Shown in pieces: positions 50,586-61,131 of a stretch of DNA of 61,131 nt. Each line of letters begins with the position of its first letter. The stretch's first letter is position 1. Made by a program: the position numbers and the translations under genes. The DNA comes from Catajapyx aquilonaris (taxonomy: Eukaryota). The notes under the pieces were generated by a model. It made no database searches. It saw only the letters and a program-made list of their open reading frames with translations, and was not told the DNA's origin. The DNA lies in contig KZ538594.1 in NCBI GenBank assembly GCA_000934665.2, positions 1 to 61,131 on the forward strand, written 5' to 3'.

Positions 50586-51539
50586 TGCTACTCTGTAAGA
50601 TCTTCACCTTACGCCATTGAACGTACTGTAAACAGCCTCATTGCACATTGTACTACAAAGTACTACAAAAAGTGTGAGGCCCACACTAACTTATCAAGAC
50701 TATAGGTAGCTCCCTCTTATTATGGCTACAACATCACTCTTGGTGGAAGATGCAGCTTCCTGGCTCTTTGCAACTTCCTCCGAAATATTTTATGTATATG
50801 GCTAGGCCTCCAACCGTGCCATAGAATGAAAAGTATGGTCACAAGGTTGCCAAACTCATGTGAAGACGCCATTTTTGACGACCGACATCTAGCGTCAATT
50901 TTTGATGTAATTTTCGCAGCTAATTAGTGCTAATTAGCAACGTTAAAAAATTGGGAGCTTGTTGTTAAACATTTGCCTGCATGGCTTCGTACCTTTTGAG
51001 CCACGCCATCACCCATTGGTCAATGCATGTTTTTACATAATTAGACAAGCCCATGTTGACTGTAATGCAACGGAGCAATGAACATCGGATCGCTATCTCT
51101 ATGAATGCATTGGGTTTAGAATCGGTTTTTGGTACCAGCTGAGTTATGGCCGTCTGTGGGCCAATTAATGTCAGGCGTTTTGTTTGTGTGGGAATCGGCC
51201 CTAATGTTGACGCCATTTTGGGGCAAAAAAATATTTCAAAACAAAATTGCGAATCAATATGGCTTCAACAATGTGTGTAAAAACAAGTGCGCTAATAAAG
51301 TGCAAGCAATGTCACTAGGCAGGGATAACATTTGATTTGGAAATTTGGGGAGTGGATGGGCTCACCTGTTCGCTACAGTAACACAGTGTTTGCAATTAAA
51401 AAGGCAAATATTGACTGCAATAAAGTGGGTACAAGGACGAAAATATTGGGATCAAAATTGATGCGACCTACATTTAGATTGATGAGTAAGCGCAATTAAA
51501 TTTTAAATGTTGGAATTAAGGTGTGATTAGTTCGACGTT

Positions 51540-52700
<1,161 letters not shown>

Positions 52701-53369
52701 AAAATGAGTTTTCTTGCTTCATATTTTCCTCTTACTTTCTATGTTCAGGAAATATCGTAGTACGCATGACATATCGACGCTAATGCCTCACAGTATCTTC
52801 TTCAACACTGACAAATTCAGTCAAAATGATCCCCGACACCAGCGTCATGGGCGTGCCAAATGATCCTGTCACAATCAAACCCGTCCCAGTTACGATCAAG
52901 CAAAGCGGCAGTTACAACCCGTGACACTATCTACCCCCGCTACCAGATAACGATTGTTCCCGAAAAAGCAGGATAAGGATGGCCCCAGGAGTGGCATGAA
53001 TTATGACGTGTCCCGGAAATGTCGCCTAGTCCTCTTCAGTGGCATGCCCAAGTGTCCCCACGGGCGTACTCAAACACACGGAAATGCCCCACCATACAGT
53101 AACTCCCTCTAGAAAATGCCTTTTTAACCTCAGATTGGCAATGCGTGGTCTCACTTCAAGGGTAAGTCACGACATTATTGCCAATCCTTGAATGGAAGGA
53201 CATGATCAGTCCCTCGCAACTCCCACCCTAGCTTTATGGGGACGGCCGTGCTCTACCCCGGATTTGGCGCAGGAATTCGGCCACTGAACTAAATCGCATT
53301 CGGGTGGCTGGTGGGCGAATCTTCGGAGGGTGCAGAATGTTAATTGAGGGGCGGCTGAGTCTGATAGTC

Positions 53370-55185
53370 TCAAGATCTGCAATTAAGCGAATTCTGATGG
53401 TTCAGGATCAATCGGAGATCAAATTATTTTAGGATCAACTTTGATCAGCGGAACAAATCTGGGATCAACTTGAACCGCGGATCAGATGATCCTAGAATCA
53501 ATTTTGACCATACTGATCCCGGGATCAATTTGGGCTTCAACTTTGATCAACGGATCATATTAAGATCAGCGAGAATTCCGTTGAATTCGACCCATAAGAT
53601 GATCCAGAATCAATCGGGGATTCCGAGATCATGTTTGGGATCAACTTGGATCCGAAGATCAAATTAAGATCAGCGGAACTTCGATCCGTAACTTCGATCC
53701 ATAAGATGATCCAAAATGATCCCATGATCAAATTAGAGATGAAATTAATATCCACAATATTCCGTCGCATTTTATCCGCCAGATGACCCAGGATCATTCT
53801 GGGATCAAAAATGATCTCGGGATCAATTTTGATCAGCGAATCAAATTAAGATCAGCAAGAATTCCGCAGAATTCGATCCATAAGATGATCCAGGATCACT
53901 TGGGGATCAACTTTGATCAAATTTAGATCAGCGAGATTCCATCGAATTTGATCCACAAGATGACTCAGGATTACTCTTGATCTTAGGTCAGTGATCCCAC
54001 AACCGGAAGCCGTGGATCCGGCCGAAAGTTGGGCCCATTTCCCCTCCTGCCCACATATCAAGTCCCCTTATCCGTTTTAGTTCCAACCATGTTTCCGCGG
54101 CCTACTAGATATTTTAGAGCCATAGAAACTTTCTATGATTCTAATTCTGAGACGGGAAGCGTGCAAAGTCAGTCCCATTTCAAGGGTAGTAGGCAGCTGT
54201 CTAGTTAATCCTAGCTCGGCCCCCCTCTACGAATATCATTTATCGGATCTAGCCTAAAAATAGACGCCATTTTTTTACGGCGTCTTGTATTTCCAGGACT
54301 GTTCAAATAATTTAGGTTGATTTTATAGTTTTGAGAAAAAAACTGGTTTTTACTGGTTAATTTATAGCGGAATCAAGTTGGTGGATCAATATGGGATCAT
54401 GATCCCTAAATTATGTGAATCAAGTAAGTCTATGATCAAATTACCCAAAATGGGATCAGATCATCTCAATGGATGAAGGGTAGGTTCAATTCTATGATCA
54501 GATGATCCCTGGATCAAATCTGGGATCAGATGATCTCAATGAATCAATTATATGATTATATGATTCCAGTAGTGTGAATATTCGGAGCCCTATGCTATTT
54601 TGGATATAATAGACCCTTTTACGGGCACACTTCGGATATAGTAAACGAGAGTCCCACGCCAGATGATCCCTGACGTTATTTTAACGACTTTTAACGTCAA
54701 TTTAACGACTTTTAACGTCAATTTCACGTCAAGAAAAAGTGCAATTGACGTAAACGTCGTTATAATAATGTCAGAGATCATCTGGAGTATGACTCTGGTA
54801 TACTATATCCGAAGTGTGCCCGTAAAATGTATGTTATATCCGAAGAAGCGTGGAACTCCGAAAATTCCCAGTGTCTCTGATTCCAATGGATCAATTATAA
54901 GATTAGATGATTCCAATGGATCCAATGTGGGATCAGATGATCCCAATGGACCAAATGTAGGATCATATGTCTCAAATGAAATCATTAAATCAAAAAGGAA
55001 ATTGAGTCATTTCCATTTGGATTTCAATTGAGAATTTGAGCAAGAGTTGGTGGATCAAATCTGGTAAAGTTCATCCGTTTATCAAATTTAGAATCAGATG
55101 ATCATACGACTCCTGATCCATTAAATCAAATGAAAAATTGAGTCATCCCCATCTGGATATGATCCCAATCTTGATTCTCGAATCA
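53370..55185. repeat. GATC-rich degenerate repeat blocks (about 53370-54000 and 54375-55185)
   Basis: Dense gggatcaa/gatgatcc motifs; the second block is interrupted by a MITE. Confidence 0.8.
54576..54867. mobile_element. Near-palindromic MITE, about 290 bp, superfamily unclear
   Basis: About 115-bp arms (ttttacgggcacacttcggatatagta...ccagatgatc / gatcatctgg...tactatatccgaagtgtgcccgtaaaa); TSD not resolved. Confidence 0.8.
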
Positions 55186-55799
55186 AGAAAATTTCTTCCC
55201 ATAAGTAAATGTTTACACCATAGAAAGCGCCATACTCTGATCCTGAAACGACCATCTTTCACCAACAGGCCCGGACTGATCCTGAGTTTAATAGGCCCTG
55301 CGCCAAGAAGCATGGCGGGGGTAACGGCATCGTTAATATCACAAACCTGATGCCCAAGTTGATCCCGAATCAATACCTTCCCCCCCCCCCCTCTCTCNCT
55401 CTCTGGCGGGTATGGCCTTCCCTACCTCTAATTCGAATCATTAGTTTACCCTGAGGGTTCAACTAATGAGTTCTCCTGACGCCTAGCCCAGCTTTTCTTT
55501 TACGCGCCGGATATTAACTCAAAGCCAAGTTCTTCGATTATCCGACTCGGATCAACCGAAACAAATCTTGAGCTCAGTTGATCCGGTGTTTGACAACATG
55601 GCGCCATGGTATTAGCTCCATTTGGGCTTGATTGGAACCGTTCAATCAAACGCGGCTGGCAGAAGTGATACGAAACGCATGGGCGGCGACATATTTGGTC
55701 CTGAGGAGTGGCGGCCATATTGAATTCGGAAAGTGACTGTCATATTTTTGGTCCAAATCAAGTAGGCCTGGCTCACTTAGGTACTTCGAGCTATAGTGA

Positions 55800-56715
55800 T
55801 AATACAATGGATGTAGTGTTGATACATTGGATATGATGACAAAAATACCCATAAAAGGAAGATACTATCGATAAAAGGAAGATTATAGCGATAAAAGACA
55901 CTTTTGATATAATGAAGATACTATCGATAAAAGATGCTATTGATATAATGAAGATTCTATCTATAAAGGATACTATTGATATAATGAAGATACTATCGAT
56001 AAAAGATACTATTGATATAATGAAGATACTATCGATAAAAGACACTATTGATATAATGAAGATACTATCGATAAAAGATACTATTGATATAATGAAGATA
56101 CTATCTATAAAAGATACTATTGATATAATGAAGATACTATCCATAAAAGATACTATTGATATAATGAAGATACTATTGATATAATGAAGATACTATCGAT
56201 AAAAGATACTATTGATATAATGAAGATTCTATCGATAAAAGATACTATTGATATAATGAGATTCTATCTATAAAAGATACTATTGATATAATGAAGATAC
56301 TATCCATAAAAGATACTATTGATATAATGAAGATACTATCGATAAAAGATACTATCCATGCAATACTCGAAAGTATTCAAACATTCGATTTTTTATTGAT
56401 GCTATATACGTATCAATGTGATTCAGAAATATCGCTACCATCGACATAATGACGAATATATCCATATAATGATGATACTCTCGATACAATTAAGCTACTA
56501 TAGAGATAATGATACTATCATAATGATAAAAATATCGATGCAATACTTGAAAATGTTCAAACACATTTGATTTCATTGTTTATCAATTTTAGATATCAAT
56601 AACATTCTGAGATATCGATTTTCATGCCTATTTTCAGTATCGGCTAATTTTTGATACATGCAAATACCGATATTCGATATTGTAATTTTTTATAATTATC
56701 CAAATCAAACCTTGG
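55800..56715 (-). mobile_element. ATCGAT-rich element containing a 36-bp minisatellite (about 55903-56356)
   Basis: Unit gatactattgatataatgaagatactatcgataaaa; non-repeat part is an inverted homologue of 51540-52100. Confidence 0.7.
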
Positions 56716-57564
56716 TCTGCTGTATATAGTATAGGGTTTGCTCCTGAGAAGTGATGGCCATCATGGGTCCAAGAAACGGCCATTTTTAGTCCAATAGGCT
56801 TGGCTAACTTATGTACTTTCAAAAATTTTTGGTCTGCGTAGTGTTTGAGGCTTTGAGCCAGAGAAAGGACTGTTATCTTTGGTCCAAGAGACAGCCATCT
56901 TTAGTCCAAATCAAGCGACGACCCTTTTGGATCTACATAAGTGACTTCCATATTTTGGACCTGTAATTGTCCGCCATTTTTGGTCCGGCACAATTCTACC
57001 TACTTTTCATCTAATTTGTGCTCCCACGGTTTTCATCAATCAGAAGCCAATATTGGCTCATGACTATTCGTGCCAACTAATTCATCAAACGTGATCCAGA
57101 TCCTGTTTTTAAAAACCGAAAATCAGCGTGTAAACCCCGTGCTGCACGCACCTTCTGGCAACACTGCACGTACATAATGCAATTACTGTCTCAATGCCGC
57201 CATTTTTTCGCCTAGAACTAAGTGGGTTAAGCCTATGCGTGCAGATCTAAATTCGTGCCCATTTCGTGCCCATTTCCTACTTCTTTAAAAAAAAATATGA
57301 ATGACCAACTGTTGACCTTAACCTCAATGAAAGTGTAGCTAGGTCATTTTTCCGTCGCATCTGCGGTGACTCTAGCGTGACTTCGAGATGTTATGGCGGC
57401 GATGGCTTATCGGTTGATGAATTGGACAGACAGGTGTCATGTTGGGGCGCACCTGGTTTTCCCACCTCGTTACCTGCAGATATGATCTGAGATAGCTTTC
57501 ATCGCTGGTTGGCCGACTCTATCAAATGAGGGGGCGGGGAACATACTATTCACAAAGGGGCTAA

Positions 57565-58400
57565 GCTGGATCAAACATGGCCGCCAGCATGAGAAAAACC
57601 AAAAATAAGCGAATGAACATCTAATTAAAATATACGTTTGGACCAAACATGGCGAAAATTTGCAGCCTACCTTTTAATTTATTCTCAAAATAATCACGTA
57701 ACTGACTTCTGTGGACCAAAAATGGCGTCCACCTGCGTCCACTTATGTACATTGGATATGGACCAAACGTGGCGGCCAGCTTGTGAGCATGCTTCATGCA
57801 TAGTGAACCACTCCTTAAAATATGTTTGGACCAAATATGGCGTCACCTACCGCTAAATTTCTTTGTATTAAAATTTTAATTAAACTTTATGAACACTGAA
57901 GCTGGACCAAACATGTTGCCAAAACGTGCACTTAATTCTGGTAAACTATTAATTTCAAATGTAATACACAAATATGGACCATACATGGCGGCCAGCATGC
58001 GAGCAAGCCCAAGAATAGTGAACCATCACTAGTTAAAAATGTGTTTGGACCATAAATGGCGCCACGTTTTGTAACATTTACAAATTTATATGATTAAATA
58101 TGGATTTTGGGAGATGAACAGCGCCAATTTTTTCCAAAAATGTAAGTTGTGAGTGCCGCCATGTTTGGTCCAGATTCATGATGATAATGGTGAATCTGTA
58201 CCAAACATGGTAGCAGTCACAACTTTAAAACCTGTTCAAATTCCAAAATTTGGTCCAGAGAAGTGACGACCATCTTGGTTCGGGAAGTGGCAGCCATATT
58301 TGGTCCACGTCAAATATGTCCAGCTCACTCAATACTATCAGCCATTTTTGATCCAGATATCTGGACCAAACATGGCGGCAGTCACAACTTTGGACTAAAA
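57565..58400. repeat. Degenerate array of GGACCAAACATGGCG(GC) modules (YY1/Pho-like core); related pieces at 55685-55765 and 56740-56990
   Basis: More than 10 modules in both orientations; 55690-55760 aligns with 58250-58310. Confidence 0.75.
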
Positions 58401-59048
58401 ATTTCCCAAAATCCTAGATAAATATTGTGGCTCCACTTAATTACAGCTCATCTGGCAACACTTCATTCCCAACGTTGCCATGTTTCCATCCGCCACCAAT
58501 TGGGGCTCTAATTGGCCCTAATTTACAAAGGAATGTCCTCTAATTGGACCCGATCGCTATCCCTTTCCTCCGCACAGCTCTAATCAGATTCTAGATTAAG
58601 CTTCTGATTGATTGTATTCTATCGCTATACTATCGATCAGAAAATACCTTATACTAGACACACACATTCCAGGTCTATGAATTTCCAAGCGGTCTATCCG
58701 TTTGATCATAAATCAAGGGGGTATGGACCATGCTCCACCCTCTTTTGTGTGCGGTTTAGGTATGCTCTTTTTGATGTTATGCCGATGGAACATTAGTCCT
58801 ATCGGTGGGGAGTTGCCCCAAGATGGCGGATATTCCAATTACAGGACCGGGTGCGGTTTGGCTTAATGATGGAGATACCCTGGTGGGTTAGAGGAAAAGG
58901 GCAAACAAAGAAATATCAAAAGCAAAAAATGGAAGGAAAATATTTGCTAGGATGTGATTGGTTAGACGGGTGCAGAGAGAGGATTCGTAGTGGCAGCACT
59001 GGTTTGATTGCCTGGAGCCAATAAGGGCTGATGACGTTTAGGCGCCAA

Positions 59049-59357
59049 CCCAAGTAGCACATTGATATCCATAGGGCATCTCCTGGTCGTATTCTGGGTG
59101 CATCCAGCTGGATATCTCCTGGATGCCCAAATAGGATGTCCACAAGATTCCCGATCCGATATTCAGGAGACATCTAGTCTGGATATCCATTGAGCATCCA
59201 GTCCGGATGTACATGCCGGGGATCCAGCTTGGATCTTTCTGGATGCCCGATCTGGATCCCTTTACTTGGTTTGTGGATGTCTGTGGGATATCCACAGAAC
59301 ATCCAATTATCTACACTAGATCCCTGTGGACGTCCCTGGATGCTAGTGCTACCTGGG
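59049..59357. mobile_element. EnSpm/CACTA-like non-autonomous element, 309 bp
   Basis: TIRs cccaagtagcac/gtgctacctggg, 2-bp AA flanks on both sides, interior full of GGAT(A/G)TCC subterminal-type repeats. Confidence 0.75.
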
Positions 59358-59401
59358 AATTAGCGGGGTGTGTGACATGTCCATATTACATCGCCACCGG
59401 C

Positions 59402-59850
59402 TGCAGAGTCATCTTTGAAATTTTAAAAAATATATATTTAGATTAGATTTTTAAATTCTATTTTAAACGGTCATAGAGGAAGGTTCGGTCTATCCAACAA
59501 TGCAGCAATCCAGCATGGTTAGCCAATAGAAAAGCTTTAAAAAAATATTTGCAAAAGCGAAGTTTTCGATCGAAAATTCTTGTGACAAGCTCGCTAGAAC
59601 CGGTATTTTCTCTCGATAAGTCAACATGCCAATTAATTCTCGCTCACGCTTTACATTATCGCTGGTGATTTTTTACAGACTTGTGTAGGACCTACAGGTC
59701 ATGTGCAGAGGTATCTTTCATAAAATTTTAAATATATTTCTAGATGGATTTTTATCATAATATTTTAAACACTGATAGAGGAAGGGTTGATCTATCCACC
59801 CATGTAGTAATCCAATATAGTTAGCCAATATAAAATCGTTTAAAAAAATC
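59402..59850. repeat. Diverged direct duplication of about 145 bp (59402-59547 and 59704-59850)
   Basis: Shared tgcagag...ttttaaac...atagaggaagg...tctatcca...aatcca...gttagccaata. Confidence 0.8.
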
Positions 59851-60514
59851 GTGAAATCAAAGGTATATTTTCTTGGCCAGATATTTTTGACATTTTCTTA
59901 CATAGTTGATATTAAATGACATAGTTCGTGCCTCATCAGACCATGACCCCCCATATTTCCAACCCTTCAGAAAACATCCTGGCATCCAATAGATCGCATC
60001 TGTTACAACCTAACAATCTCCCTCTCGCCACCGGAAAATTTTCAGGCTGCAGGGAAAAGTTATATAAGCGGGAACAATGAGCTTTTCCCCTTTTGTCTCC
60101 CAGGCCTAACCGCAATCTCAACCGGGCGGCGTTGAGTTTGCGATAAATCCTTAGCAGGACCTAGGCCCGGTTATTACTCCAAGTGCAACCCCCTCCTCCC
60201 CCTCACTCCCTCCCTCTAGAAACAAGAGGCTGCCTTGCCCTGGCTGGCGGGGGCTTTATGGGCTTCATTGCAGTCAGCGCCAGCTGATATATGCTGCCTT
60301 AGGAAGCCCCATCAAGGAGTTAGATGCACAGACGCTTGCCTTTTAACCCTTTACTACCGACACCAGAAAACTTTGGACGCTCCGCACCGCCATTTGACTG
60401 CCGGAGGAGGTGGAGCCACTGTAAAGCTTGATGGGGCCTTGTTTAGATGGGGGAGTTCGTCTTAGGGAGGATGCAAGTGTCGGGTTCGGGGTAAGAGAAG
60501 GCGTGGTTTGGTGA

Positions 60515-61065
60515 TAATGATGGGAAAAGTTGGATATATCGAACAATTTATCGATATATCGACAATTATTTCGATTTACTTCAATATATCGCTCATTAGC
60601 CTACATTAACATGGTACACCGAACAATACATCGATATATCGACCATTACTTCGACGTATCGATAAATCGACCACTACTTCGAAGTATCGATATATTGACA
60701 ATTATTTTGATTACTTCAATATATCGCTCATTAGCCTACATTAACATGGTCACCGAACAATACATCGATATATTGCCCATTACCTCGATGTAAAGATATG
60801 TCGACCATTACTTCGAAGTATCGATGTATCGACCATTACTTCGAAGTATCGATGTATCGACCATTACTTCGAAGTATCGATATATCGACCATTACTTCGA
60901 CGCATCGATATATCGACCATTACTTCGAAGTATATATCGGCAATGACCTCGATGTGTCGACCATTACTTCGAAGTATCGATATTATACAGTGATATCCAA
61001 ATGGCAAAATATATCGATATGTCGAATGTTATACCAGTAATAGACAATATATCGATATGTCAAAT
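60515..61065. repeat. ATCGAT-rich block with 28-bp units, starting at a hAT-like end (taatgatggg)
   Basis: Unit tcgaccattacttcgaagtatcgatgta. Confidence 0.85.
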
Positions 61066-61072
61066 GATATAA

Positions 61073-61131
61073 GCCTGATGGTCTGGTGGTTAGCACGCTC
61101 GCCTCTAGACCCAAAGTTGTGGGTTCGAACC
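61073..61131 (+). mobile_element. tRNA-derived SINE head or tRNA pseudogene, cut by the window end
   Basis: A box TGGTCTGGTGG and B box GGTTCGAACC at tRNA-like spacing; anticodon arm pairs poorly. Confidence 0.7.

Noticed and set aside
52749..53161. Exon candidate between a pyrimidine-rich ...ttcag and G|gtaagt
   Set aside because: The frames I checked contain early stops, and nothing else supports it.

Overview
Repeat-dense animal (probably invertebrate) DNA that reads as intergenic or intronic. No ORF in the track resembles a protein I recognise, and the long ORFs are translations of tandem repeats. Blocks of about 0.3-1 kb of minisatellite or degenerate short-motif repeat alternate with unique, GC-richer stretches carrying CTCF-, YY1/Pho-, ETS/E-box- and Hox-like motifs. 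Supported elements are two copies of a tRNA-derived SINE plus a third SINE/tRNA head at the window end, several MITEs with TIRs and TSDs (Tc1/mariner, hAT, EnSpm-like), three DINE-1/Helentron-like copies and many minisatellites. The most notable observations are: (1) a 62-nt C/D-box snoRNA-like unit present twice with the same ends, each time inside another transposon; (2) an array of nine tRNA B-box motifs at about 80-bp spacing; (3) a three-exon spliced small ORF at 40777-41209 that the ORF track misses; (4) a 116-bp palindrome apparently made by template switching in a Helentron-like copy; (5) an inverted pair of ATCGAT-rich elements that each grew a different minisatellite. All family assignments come from sequence structure and recall, not database searches.
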